DNA from: an uncultured Pseudomonadales bacterium
GTDB taxonomy: Bacteria > Pseudomonadota > Gammaproteobacteria > Pseudomonadales > UBA7434
Assembly (NCBI GenBank): GCA_943788835.1
Contig: CALSRU010000005.1
Location: 316,264 to 380,263, forward strand
DNA length: 64,000 nt
Direction: 5' to 3'
A program made the position numbers and the translations under genes. The notes below the pieces were generated by a model. The model was not told the DNA's origin. It searched no databases and saw only the letters and a program-made list of their open reading frames with translations. Below are positions 54,948 to 64,000 of this stretch, piece by piece. How positions within the stretch are numbered: the first letter of the stretch is position 1; the number at the start of each line of letters is the position of its first letter.

Positions 54948-55865
54948 GTGATGCAACAAAGTAAAGCGCTGAGCTACTTGCCTTTTGTGGAACAGCCCGA
55001 TTGGATTCACATGGGCTTAAAGAGCCTGCCAGCTGGGAATTGGATCGAACCAGACAAGGAGTTTCTAAAGTACTACCACAACAAAGTGGCGCTCTTTGCT
55101 CATAAGCCGGAGCGAGTTTATGGAGAGTTGCCAGAGTCGCTCAACGCGCAACAGGAGTTCGCGGATTGCTTGTTGGAACATTTGCAAACCGATCATGGCG
55201 AACATTACGCAATGCAAATTTCGCCGAGGGGTGGATCGGTACTGGAGTTAAAAGATGCGGGGCTAATCTGGAGCCTCGATTCGAATAGCCGACGGCTTTG
55301 GGATGCCAGTTTGTGGATCCAAGACGATGTCTGTTTACTTCAAGAGCATGAAGGCCAGTACCGGCTTACGGCGGCTAGCTTAGCTGCGCCGAGCGCATGG
55401 TGCTTACAAGAAAAGCTAGGTAAGCCGCTCTTCGATATTCATAGCTCGGTCCCTGGTCTCAACCAGGTCATCGGCTCCCAAATAAATCACGTGATGCAGA
55501 AATTGTCGCCGCTTCGACTTTTTCAGCGGTTTAATTGGGGCATTAAGGCATCTTCTCATTTGGCATTGTTGCCTGAGGGTCCGGTAGGCAAGCCGTTGCA
55601 GCATAGGGATGGTTTAGGCGCGGGGCTGTTTTTACGGGTTGAGCGTCAAACACTGCGCCGATTGCCTAAAAGTGGCGCGATTGTTTTTACTATTCGCGTC
55701 TATGTCACCGCGATCGAGCGCTTGGAGTCAGTGCCTGGTTCGCTGGCAGCACTTGAATCGGCGGTGAGTGGATTGTCGGCGAAGGCGGCCCGATATAAAG
55801 GGTTACCCGCGCTGTACCCGGAGTTGCGCGCAGTATTTAAAAGAGCCTCTGGTCAGGTTTTGTAA
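54948..55865 (+). CDS. DUF3445 protein (heme-dependent oxidative N-demethylase alpha-subunit-like)
   Basis: MGLKSL...WIE, IQDDVCLL, PSAW...KLG.PL..IH..VP, QRFNW, LRVERQTLRRLPKSGAIVFTIR. Confidence 0.8.
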   Translation: MMQQSKALSYLPFVEQPDWIHMGLKSLPAGNWIEPDKEFLKYYHNKVALFAHKPERVYGELPESLNAQQEFADCLLEHLQTDHGEHYAMQISPRGGSVLELKDAGLIWSLDSNSRRLWDASLWIQDDVCLLQEHEGQYRLTAASLAAPSAWCLQEKLGKPLFDIHSSVPGLNQVIGSQINHVMQKLSPLRLFQRFNWGIKASSHLALLPEGPVGKPLQHRDGLGAGLFLRVERQTLRRLPKSGAIVFTIRVYVTAIERLESVPGSLAALESAVSGLSAKAARYKGLPALYPELRAVFKRASGQVL

Positions 55866-55880
55866 GTAACTCTAGCTGTG

Positions 55881-55897
55881 TGTCGAAAAAGCTTACA
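55881..55897 (+). promoter_or_regulatory. Putative sigma54-activator enhancer site 1 (TGT-N11-ACA)
   Basis: TGTCGAAAAAGCTTACA; similar second copy at 56062. Confidence 0.5.
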
Positions 55898-56061
55898 GGG
55901 GTTGAGCTAATCATTGCCGGCTATGTGGGCTGACGGGAGGTTGATCGATGCTGTTACACCTCTTGTCGGCGTTTCACAGCGATTCTGAGTAGGTTTCAGG
56001 GCGAGTGTGCAGCTGGTTGGTTTGGGGCGATTAACCATAGCTGTGTAGGCCGAAAAGCAGG

Positions 56062-56078
56062 TGTCTAAAAATTTTACA
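56062..56078 (+). promoter_or_regulatory. Putative sigma54-activator enhancer site 2 (TGT-N11-ACA)
   Basis: TGTCTAAAAATTTTACA, about 65 bp upstream of the -24 box. Confidence 0.6.
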
Positions 56079-56141
56079 GTTAAGGCTTTGGGGTTGTAGG
56101 ATTCTCGGTGCAAATCACTGAAATTAAAGAAATAAGTAGGT

Positions 56142-56158
56142 TTGGCACTAGTCTTGCT
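56142..56158 (+). promoter_or_regulatory. Sigma54 (-24/-12) promoter of the PEP-CTERM gene
   Basis: TTGGCAC-TAGTC-TTGCT with exact GG-N10-GC spacing. Confidence 0.8.
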
Positions 56159-56263
56159 GCAGCGCTAGGGCTAAGGGATATTTGCGGCTAAGCAGCTTGG
56201 CACTCGAATGCAAGTTAAAGCGGCAAGTAGTTATCAGGATCATTTTGGGGAGTTGAATAAATT

Positions 56264-56926
56264 ATGTATAAGAAACTAAGACTATTAGTAGTGGGATTTT
56301 TGAGCAGTGCACTTTGTTTGTCAGCGGCTAACGCGGGAATGATCGTTGATGTCGAAACGGGCAGCGACGATATTGACAACATCAATGCAGCATATGCGGT
56401 TTTGGGGTTGGTTCAATATGGCCCCGATTTTCTGGAAGATATTTTCGATGCGACCGAGCAGGGAAATGGTTTAATTCTTCGCACGCATGACCTGACGGAT
56501 AATGGTGCTGGCAACAGCTTCACGCCCGGAGGATCTGAAGAAATAATCGGCGGTACGTTGTTTATGAATTACACGGACAATGCCTGCCTAGACGATTTAG
56601 GCGGGGACACGCTCTTAGGATCTCTTTCAGGTTCGCCAGATTGTCTCAACGTATTAGCCTGGGCTTTCGAAGGTAGCGAATTGTTTGGCGATGCTGGTGT
56701 TGCTATATTTTCAGGTGGCGGCGGTACAGAGGCGATACTCGCACCTGAAGTCGTTGCTATATTGAATGATGAGGGGGCCATCGATGTGGGTTTCCTCGGC
56801 TTTGGCGACTTTACTTTGGGCGATAGCGTTTTAACGGTGGAGACGGTCTCAGTACCCGAGCCTGGCGTTTTGATGTTGCTAGGTCTAGGCTTGATCGGAT
56901 TGAGAGTGGCACGTCCGCGCTCTTAA
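56264..56926 (+). CDS. PEP-CTERM sorting-domain surface protein
   Basis: Signal peptide ending ANA; acidic Gly-rich body; C-terminal VPEPG + TM segment + RVARPRS basic tail. Confidence 0.9.
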   Translation: MYKKLRLLVVGFLSSALCLSAANAGMIVDVETGSDDIDNINAAYAVLGLVQYGPDFLEDIFDATEQGNGLILRTHDLTDNGAGNSFTPGGSEEIIGGTLFMNYTDNACLDDLGGDTLLGSLSGSPDCLNVLAWAFEGSELFGDAGVAIFSGGGGTEAILAPEVVAILNDEGAIDVGFLGFGDFTLGDSVLTVETVSVPEPGVLMLLGLGLIGLRVARPRS

Positions 56927-56940
56927 TAAAACAGAGTTAG

Positions 56941-56973
56941 AAAAAAGCCGTGCTCTTGAGCGCGGCTTTTTTT
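56941..56973 (+). terminator. Rho-independent terminator (possibly bidirectional)
   Basis: AAAAAAGCCGTGCTC-TT-GAGCGCGGCTTTTTTT. Confidence 0.85.
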
Positions 56974-57063
56974 CGTCTGTCACTTATGGCCAGAACTTTT
57001 CAGCGCAAAATAAATGCTGATTGTTTGGTAACATGCGAGTCCATTTTTATCGGTTGGCTTAGC

Positions 57064-58062
57064 ATGACTCAACAACACACGCTTATTAAAATGCTTGCAG
57101 ATGGACAGTGGCACTCGGGCGAGCAGCTTGCGGCGTACTTTGAATTGAGCCGCACGGCTATTTGGAAGCGTATTGCTCAGCTGCGCGCTGAAGGGCTTAA
57201 TATTGAATCTGATCGGGGTAAGGGTTATCGGTTGCTAGACCGTGTCGATTGGTTTGCTGCCACTACCTTGTATTCATACTTAGTGGAGGCCACTGCTCAG
57301 AGGGTTAGTCAGATAGATGTGCAGCTTTCGTTGGCTTCAACTAATAAAGCCTGCCTGGACTTATTGGTGCGGCGCGAGGATTCAACCACTGTTGATCTTA
57401 CAGGTTATGTCATGTTGGCCGAGCAACAAACGGCGGGTCAGGGAAGGCGCGGTCGCACGTGGGTAAGTCCGCTGGGTTGTAACGTTTATATGTCGCTTAT
57501 ATGGCGCTTTGAGGCCGGAGCGGGATCATTGGCGGGCTTGAGCTTAGTAGTGGGTTTAGCGCTGGTGAAAGCATTGGAGCATCAAGGTTATCGTGACTTG
57601 ACGCTGAAGTGGCCGAATGACGTGCTGTGGCAGAACCGGAAGTTGGCCGGTGTGCTGCTCGAGGTTTCGGGTGATGTCTCTGGAGCTTGCGATGTAGTGA
57701 TTGGCATTGGCGTGAATGTAGCTATGCCCTCAATGCCCGCGGCAGATATCGATCAACCTTGGGTTGATTTGACGCAAGTTGATAAAAGCAGGGTGCCTGA
57801 TAAAAATTACATCGTGGCTGGCGTACTGAATCAATTAGTGCCTGATATACAGCAGTTTCAGCAAGCCGGTTTTGCCGCATTCAAAGAGCAGTGGTCTAGC
57901 CGAGATCATTGTGCTGGACAGTCCGTGCAGCTGCTACTCGGGCCTGGGCATGATGTGTCAGGCGCCTATTGCGGTGTGAATGATGACGGTTCCATTGGGC
58001 TTGAGACTCACGAGGGTATGCAGAGCTTTAGTGGCGGCGAAATTAGCTTGAGGCGCGTATGA
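57064..58062 (+). CDS. birA: Bifunctional biotin ligase/repressor BirA
   Basis: HTH SGEQLA...SRTAIWK, STN, GQGRRGRTW, KWPND, KLAGVL; start at MTQQH. Confidence 0.94.
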   Translation: MTQQHTLIKMLADGQWHSGEQLAAYFELSRTAIWKRIAQLRAEGLNIESDRGKGYRLLDRVDWFAATTLYSYLVEATAQRVSQIDVQLSLASTNKACLDLLVRREDSTTVDLTGYVMLAEQQTAGQGRRGRTWVSPLGCNVYMSLIWRFEAGAGSLAGLSLVVGLALVKALEHQGYRDLTLKWPNDVLWQNRKLAGVLLEVSGDVSGACDVVIGIGVNVAMPSMPAADIDQPWVDLTQVDKSRVPDKNYIVAGVLNQLVPDIQQFQQAGFAAFKEQWSSRDHCAGQSVQLLLGPGHDVSGAYCGVNDDGSIGLETHEGMQSFSGGEISLRRV

Positions 58063-58832
58063 CGGTCGATATCGATATTGACATTGGCAACACTCGCAGT
58101 AAGTGGTCAATAGCGTCTGGGTCTAATAATGTCGTGGTTGGTGTTACGGCGAAGCCCATTGCTGTGGTTGCGTCTGAGATTGCAGCCAATTTAGCCGAGC
58201 ATGGTATGGATGCAGCGGCAGTCAGCCGTATACGGGTGGCCTGTGTGCGTAGCCAGCAAGAAAAAGATGCCCTAGCCAGCGCATTGCACGGGGCTTTTGC
58301 TGTGGCAGCTGAATTTGCCCAGACAACCGCTGAGGCTGGGGGTGTCATCAATAGCTACCCGCAGCCGCATACGATGGGCGTTGATCGCTGGAGCGCCATA
58401 GCGGCAGCTGCTAGGCTAATGCGAGCCCATGCAGAGCCCCGGCCTTTTTGTATAGTGGATGCAGGTAGTGCGGTCACACTCGATTTTGTTAGTGCCGCCG
58501 GCGTGCATTGCGGCGGTTACATTACTCCCGGCTACTATTTGCAATTAAAAGCGTTGCTGGCAGGCACCCAAAAAGTAATGGCTGGTGAGCAGGCATCGGT
58601 GGAGCTGATTGCGCCAGGTAGTAATACCAGCGACGCCGTGCATGTGGGTATTGCCGCATCAATCGTTGCGCATATAGAACGAAGCGTCGCACAATTTCAA
58701 ATGGCTCAGGGCTCACCGCCACGGGTTTTTATAACCGGTGGCGATGCCGAGTTATTGCAGGGTTTAAGCAGCCTACCTATGCTCTATCGGCCGCACCTTG
58801 TATTGTCTGGGCTGGCTCAATTACTACCTTGA
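58059..58832 (+). CDS. coaX: Type III pantothenate kinase
   Basis: DIGNTRSKW, MGVDRW, VDAGSAVT.D, GGYITPG, TGGDA; overlaps birA stop. Confidence 0.9.
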   Translation: MTVDIDIDIGNTRSKWSIASGSNNVVVGVTAKPIAVVASEIAANLAEHGMDAAAVSRIRVACVRSQQEKDALASALHGAFAVAAEFAQTTAEAGGVINSYPQPHTMGVDRWSAIAAAARLMRAHAEPRPFCIVDAGSAVTLDFVSAAGVHCGGYITPGYYLQLKALLAGTQKVMAGEQASVELIAPGSNTSDAVHVGIAASIVAHIERSVAQFQMAQGSPPRVFITGGDAELLQGLSSLPMLYRPHLVLSGLAQLLP

Positions 58833-58864
58833 GCAATAAATTTAAAAGAAATAGGGTCATAGCA

Positions 58865-58901
58865 TTGCACCGCTGGCCTAACTCGAATAAACTGCGCCGC
58901 C
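58865..58901 (+). promoter_or_regulatory. Stable-RNA-type sigma70 promoter for tRNA-Thr
   Basis: TTGCAC-N17-TAAACT-GCGCCGCC. Confidence 0.65.
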
Positions 58902-58985
58902 TCAGAAGTGTTGCTAATGTTAATGGATGCTTCGCGGGCTATGAGTGCTTTGCCATTTGGGCGCTGAAAAAAGTTTCAAAAGTGG

Positions 58986-59061
58986 GCTGGCGTAGCTCAG
59001 TTGGTAGAGCAGCTGACTTGTAATCAGCCGGTCGGGGGTTCGACTCCTCTCGCCAGCTCCA
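58986..59061 (+). tRNA. tRNA-Thr(TGT)
   Basis: GCTGGCG/CGCCAGC acceptor stem, GCTGA-CTTGTAA-TCAGC, GGTTCGACTCC, encoded CCA. Confidence 0.96.
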
Positions 59062-59075
59062 TTTTTTCTATATTA

Positions 59076-59102
59076 AAGGGTTACCATTGGTAGCCCTTTT
59101 TT
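59076..59102 (+). terminator. Rho-independent terminator after tRNA-Thr
   Basis: AAGGGTTACC-ATT-GGTAGCCCTTTTTT. Confidence 0.8.
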
Positions 59103-59307
59103 ATTGCCTGGCTTCTTTGCGCTGGTCGAAGGTGGGGTGGCCATTTGGAGTGGTCAGAATGGCACGTGTTGATTGAGCCTCGCATAGTATGTTTGTACAC
59201 TGTTCACCCTTTATCATGCCGCCGCTGTTAAAAAAATCAGGCCCAGCATCTCAGCATCAAACTGCTTTTTTAACGAGTACAAGCATCCTAAACAGGGGAT
59301 TAAGCCA

Positions 59308-59878
59308 ATGACTTTCTTTATGCGGCTGCAAGGGGTTTTGCTGCCAACGCTGCTTCTTTCAAATAACATCGTTGCCGATTCAGAGGTTTCGATTGTTTAT
59401 TCCGTAGCTAATCCTGATTACAAACCTTTCGAAAGTACAGGTGGTTACGCTATTAGTGGACAGTTTTATTTTGATAATGGCTTGTTTTTGAGTGGCTACT
59501 TTAATGAAACTGACTTTAAAGCCAGTGGACCTTATGTCGGCAACGTTGATGTTGAAAGTTGGGCTGAGCTAGGGGTTGGGTTTTCGTTTGATCATGAGAT
59601 CGGAAAATTTTATTCATTAATAACCGTTGAGAGTATCGATACAGCACAGAAAGTCTACGATGGTTATGGCGTGCATATAGGCTACGTCAAAAATCTCACC
59701 CATAATTGGAAGGCTGTGGCTCAAGCGGGCTATTTAGACACCGATTTCGATGATTGGCAATTAATGGGTAAAATTGATTATGCGCTATCCGATGTCTTCA
59801 GCCTTACGCTCGGCATTCAGGGATTACGATAGTTGGGATTATACTCACTACGAGGCCGGCGTTGCCCTTCGATTTTAG
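59308..59878 (+). pseudogene. Small outer-membrane beta-barrel protein with a 1-bp frameshift near the C-terminus (pseudogene or sequencing error)
   Basis: ORF stops at 59832 (..LGIQGLR*); removing one base near 59816 gives ..LGIRDYDSWDYTHYEAGVALRF*, a typical terminal beta-strand ending in Phe. Confidence 0.7.
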
Positions 59879-59944
59879 TAAGTACAAAGCTAGAGCCTGA
59901 GCAAAAAAACCGCCAAGAGTATAAATTCAAAGGGGTTATAAAAA

Positions 59945-61468
59945 ATGATTAAAAGACTTCTGCGCTCATCATTGATTCTTTCTTTTTTTTGGGTAGTTTC
60001 CTTTTCGGGCATTGCAGCCGCGATAGATGTCATTTCGCAAAGTGAAGTAAAGACACCCAACTTTATTATTATGTATATTGATGATCTGGGCTATGCCGAT
60101 TTAGGCCCTTATCAAAACGGCAAGCTCGCTACGCCCTCTATTGATAAATTAGTTAACGCTGGGCAGAGCTGGACAAATTTTTATACCTCCGCTTCAGTTT
60201 GCAGCCCGAGTCGTGGCGCATTGCTCACAGGTAACCTGCCGGTGCGAACGGGGCTCTATGGCAATCATCTAGCGGTACTTTGGCCGGGTAGCGAAACGGG
60301 TATGCCAGCCGAGCAGGAGACTCTTGCTGAAGCCTTGAAACAGCATGGCTACACCACGGGCATGTTTGGTAAATGGCATTTAGGTGATGCACCCGCCTTC
60401 CTTCCTACCCGTCATGGTTTTGATGAGTGGCTCGGTATTCCTTACTCCAACGATATGGACTGGACCGTTGGCGAAATCACTAGCACCAATGTCAATGCTG
60501 ATTTGTCCGTCTCGCATAAAAAATGGGAAAAGGCTGGGCCTATTTATCGCAAACAACTTCTTGCTCCAAGGGTGGAAGATTGGAACGTGCCGCTGATGCG
60601 CAGTGTTGTCAATGCTGATCAATCTTATACCGATAGCATTATTGAACGCCCTGCCAATCAAGCCCTATACACGCAGCGCTTTACCCATGAGTCGGTTCGC
60701 TTTATCAATCAATCGGTCAATGATGATAAACCGTTTTTCTTATTTCTCTCACATAGCATGGTTCATGTGCCATTATTTCGCTCCCCTCAGTTTGTTGGTA
60801 AGAGTGCACTAGGCCTTTATGGCGATGTGCTTGAAGAAATTGATTGGAGTGTCGGTCAAATTATGCAGGCACTAGAAGATAAGCAAATAGAAAACAATAC
60901 TTATTTGGTTTTTACCAGTGACAATGGTCCTTGGCTAACCTTCGCGCCTGATCACGCGGGTTCGGCTGGCCCTTTGCGCGGTGGCAAGGGCCAAACCTAT
61001 GACGGTGGCATGCGCGTCATGACCTTTTTTAAAGGTCCAGGCATAAAGCCGGGGCTTGTTAGTGAAATGGGAATGGATACTGATCTGTTTAATACCGTCC
61101 TGAACCTCGCAAATATCCCGCCAAAATCGGCTGCGGTAGATAGTTATGATCTCTCGGCTACATTGACCGCTGATGCGCCAAGCCCGCGAAAGTTTGTGCC
61201 CTTTTATCGTAACTCGACGTTGCGCGCTTTTCGCCTGGGCAATCAAAAGCTACATTTTGTGACTAACGATGAGTTTGGGGGGCCAACTACCGTTCATGAG
61301 CCACCCATACTGATTGATTTGGTCAGTGATATTGGCGAGACTACCGATCTAGCCGCAGCGCAACCGCAGGATGTTGAGCGGCTGAAACAACGTGTGGCAG
61401 AATTTAAAGCGTCCTTGCCCATTGCCCCTTCAATATTTGACTTACAAAAAGGCGTGCAGTTTCAGTGA
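59945..61468 (+). CDS. Formylglycine-dependent sulfatase (S1 family), secreted
   Basis: Signal peptide, IDDLGY, CSPSRGALLTG (CxPxR), GKWHLG, FTSDNG. Confidence 0.92.
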   Translation: MIKRLLRSSLILSFFWVVSFSGIAAAIDVISQSEVKTPNFIIMYIDDLGYADLGPYQNGKLATPSIDKLVNAGQSWTNFYTSASVCSPSRGALLTGNLPVRTGLYGNHLAVLWPGSETGMPAEQETLAEALKQHGYTTGMFGKWHLGDAPAFLPTRHGFDEWLGIPYSNDMDWTVGEITSTNVNADLSVSHKKWEKAGPIYRKQLLAPRVEDWNVPLMRSVVNADQSYTDSIIERPANQALYTQRFTHESVRFINQSVNDDKPFFLFLSHSMVHVPLFRSPQFVGKSALGLYGDVLEEIDWSVGQIMQALEDKQIENNTYLVFTSDNGPWLTFAPDHAGSAGPLRGGKGQTYDGGMRVMTFFKGPGIKPGLVSEMGMDTDLFNTVLNLANIPPKSAAVDSYDLSATLTADAPSPRKFVPFYRNSTLRAFRLGNQKLHFVTNDEFGGPTTVHEPPILIDLVSDIGETTDLAAAQPQDVERLKQRVAEFKASLPIAPSIFDLQKGVQFQ

Positions 61469-61591
61469 TTCTGATGCCTTAGTCTTAAGCAGTAGCGCTT
61501 GCAGGTAAGAGCCAGTAAAAATAGTGTTTTAGTGGGTGAGGCGAAGGTTGGTTCGCCATTGATTTCCACCCGCTCGTTCTATTTTAATGAG

Positions 61592-63391
61592 TTAGTTACC
61601 AAGAAATTGCTCGGCCGTCAGGTCGTAACAGGTGCTATCTAGGCTGGCCACCAGTTCTAAGCTGGCTTTTGATTTAGGTAGCTCATAGCGAAAGAAAAAC
61701 GCTGTAGCGGCCAATTTTCCCGTATAGAAATCGCTATCGCTGCTTTTTCCATCGGCCAATCCAGCTGTTGCCGCTACGGCTTGTTTTAACCACATCCATG
61801 CAATAACGGCGTGCCCCATCGCGTCAAGAAAAATAGTCGCGTTGGCCAGCGCCAATGATTTATCGTCACAGCAATTGACTGCCTCAATGGTGCGCTCAAT
61901 CTGACATAGCGTATTCGTTAGTTGAGTGCAGTAATCAACTAACTGCGGGTACGCCATGGCTGTATCGATAGTCAGTTGCACTTCTTCGCGCAAAATGACA
62001 ACTGCCGCACCATTGTGCATGTTCACTTTGCGGCCCAAAATATCCAGCCCCTGAATTCCCCAAGTACCTTCGTGAATATGATTTAGGCGGTTGTCGCGGT
62101 AAAGACGTTCGACGGGATATTCCCTGGTGTAGCCGTAACCTCCTAGAACTTGTATGGCTAACTTATTCGCCTCAAGGCAGTATTCAGACGGCCAAGACTT
62201 GCAGATGGGTGTGAGCAACTCCAACAGCAAGCCCATGCGCGCGTTTTGCGCCGCATCATCCGATACTTTTTGTTGGTCGATGATTTGCGAACTGTAGTAC
62301 ATAAGCATTTGTGCGCCTTCAATGAAGGCTTTTTGAGTCATCAGCATGCGCTTTATATCAGCGTGCTCCGAAATCATAACTTGCGGAAGTTCGGGGTTTT
62401 TATTATCCAAGGCTCGGCCCTGCGGGCGGTTGCGTGCATAATCTAATGAGTAGAGATAGCCGCCCAAGGCGGTCATTACCGCAGACATGCCCACCGATAT
62501 TCGCGCCTCATTCATCATGTGAAACATATTGGCAAGGCCCTGATTTTCTTGGCCGACCAAATAGCCGAAACAGTCACCACTTTCACCAAAATTCAGCAGG
62601 GTGTTGGTAGCGCCGCGACAACCCATTTTATGGTTGAGGCCAGCAAGAGCCACGTTATTGATCTCACCCAAGCTGCCGTCATCATTGACTCGTACTTTGG
62701 GTACAAGAAATAAAGATATACCCTTCACTCCCGGGGGACCGCCGGGTACCTTGGCAAGAACCATGTGAACAATATTATCGGTTAAATCCTGCTCGCCACC
62801 TGAGATCCACATTTTGGTGCCAGAAATTTTATAGCTGCCGTCGGCCAATGGCTCGGCTTTGGTGCGTATGTCGGCCAGTGATGAGCCTGCCTGCGGCTCA
62901 GAAAGGCACATGGTGCCAAACCAATCACCTGCAACTAGCCTGCTCAGGTAAGTGTCTTTGAGTTCGTCAGAGCCGCAGGCATTGAGCATGTTGGCAACGC
63001 CCTGGGTTAAAAAAAGATAGATGTGGACAGGATTGTTGGCACAGACAAAAAGCCCATTGAGTGCTTGGTCGACCATCCACGGTAGCTGCATGCCGCCAAT
63101 GTCGGCGTCGTAGCCTGAGGCACTTAAACCGGCTTCTTTAAATGCAGCAATGGCTTGCTTTAATTCTGGAATAGTCTCGACTTTGCCATCAATAAACTGG
63201 GGTTCATTGGCATCTAATTTTGCTGCGCACGGTAGGAATTCGTCTTCGGCAATGGATTGACATAAGCTCAGCATGGCATCTAAAGACTCTCGATCATAGT
63301 CGGCATAGCGTTCCGACTTTAACAGTGTATCTAGGTCCAAAGCCTCATAAAGCATAAAGTCGAGGTCTCTGCGGTTGACGATCATTGACAT
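61592..63391 (-). CDS. Acyl-CoA dehydrogenase (about 600-aa type)
   Basis: GTMCLSEPQAGS, GTKMWIS, HKMG, MMNEAR, QVLGGYGY, IHEGT.GIQ. Confidence 0.93.
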   Translation of the reverse strand: MSMIVNRRDLDFMLYEALDLDTLLKSERYADYDRESLDAMLSLCQSIAEDEFLPCAAKLDANEPQFIDGKVETIPELKQAIAAFKEAGLSASGYDADIGGMQLPWMVDQALNGLFVCANNPVHIYLFLTQGVANMLNACGSDELKDTYLSRLVAGDWFGTMCLSEPQAGSSLADIRTKAEPLADGSYKISGTKMWISGGEQDLTDNIVHMVLAKVPGGPPGVKGISLFLVPKVRVNDDGSLGEINNVALAGLNHKMGCRGATNTLLNFGESGDCFGYLVGQENQGLANMFHMMNEARISVGMSAVMTALGGYLYSLDYARNRPQGRALDNKNPELPQVMISEHADIKRMLMTQKAFIEGAQMLMYYSSQIIDQQKVSDDAAQNARMGLLLELLTPICKSWPSEYCLEANKLAIQVLGGYGYTREYPVERLYRDNRLNHIHEGTWGIQGLDILGRKVNMHNGAAVVILREEVQLTIDTAMAYPQLVDYCTQLTNTLCQIERTIEAVNCCDDKSLALANATIFLDAMGHAVIAWMWLKQAVAATAGLADGKSSDSDFYTGKLAATAFFFRYELPKSKASLELVASLDSTCYDLTAEQFLGN

Positions 63392-64000
63392 GGGTATTCC
63401 TCTTTTTCATTGGAAGTTTGTGGCATGTTAACTGCGGCAGTTTGAGCGCTCAGTGCCTAAAGTCGCAAGCCAATCAATACTGGAAGTTGGGTAGTTTATT
63501 GGTGTAATGCGATTTACGCTATTTTTAGCCGGGAGGTATTTCGCGTTTAATTATGCCGACTTTAGTCAGTTTGACAGCCCGAATGATAAGTGATTTTTAT
63601 CTCCCTAGCTCGCTCATAAATTTTTATTAATCATTGGCAGTGACGCTACTGCTTTGGGCGCATAGATTCGTGTCTTCTGGTCCATGCCCTCTGATTTTTA
63701 AAAGCGGTTGGTTTGATTGGGTCAATATAGAAGTACTGGATATGGGCGCCTTGCCAGAGCGTGAAACGGATGCGCTTATTGTCGAGTGTCTTTTACTGGT
63801 ACGAGGGTATTTAGTCTTGTGCACGAGTACGGACTGTTTTTTTTACTCCGATGCTACATGCGGCAAGACCAAGCGCGGTTGCGAGAAGCCAAAAAAATGG
63901 CTGGGGTAGCATGGGTATATCAAAACTAGTGCTTTGCTCTGCATTGCTGATTATCACCAGATTATCTTGCGGAACAATAGCTGCGGGAGGTGTCCAGTTG

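Noticed and set aside
56197-56212. Second sigma54 promoter TTGGCACTCGAATGCA
   Set aside because: GG-to-GC spacing is one base short of the strict GG-N10-GC requirement
63627-63909. ORFs 63634-63909 (+) and 63627-63824 (-)
   Set aside because: No clear RBS or recognisable motifs; probably intergenic sequence

Overview
This is mostly core-genome sequence from a probably marine gammaproteobacterium (inferred from the 16S sequence, the Na+-type PomAB stator and Pseudomonas/Cellvibrionales-like synteny). Housekeeping genes include prfA-prmC, rhlB, cysZ, hemL, leuS-lptE-holA, ribA, xseB-ispA-dxs, pomAB, smrA, hemJ, argC, erpA, mepM-anmK, tyrS, one complete rrn operon (16S, tRNA-Ile, tRNA-Ala, 23S, 5S), birA-coaX and tRNA-Thr. 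The accessory stretches are a TPP-riboswitch-led thiamine uptake cluster (about 22.9-28.3 kb) followed by an alkaline phosphatase, a sigma54-type PEP-CTERM gene, and a porin/sulfatase/acyl-CoA dehydrogenase block after tRNA-Thr. The most unusual items are: (1) a sensor-kinase-like protein and adjacent response regulator that both lack their catalytic residues; (2) the extended thiamine salvage locus and its riboswitch with a large insertion; (3) a frameshifted outer-membrane protein; (4) a (CCCTAG)5 G-quadruplex-type microsatellite upstream of the rrn promoter; and (5) several intergenic minisatellites. No CRISPR array, transposase or integrase was seen. All calls come from reading the sequence by eye; no database search was run.
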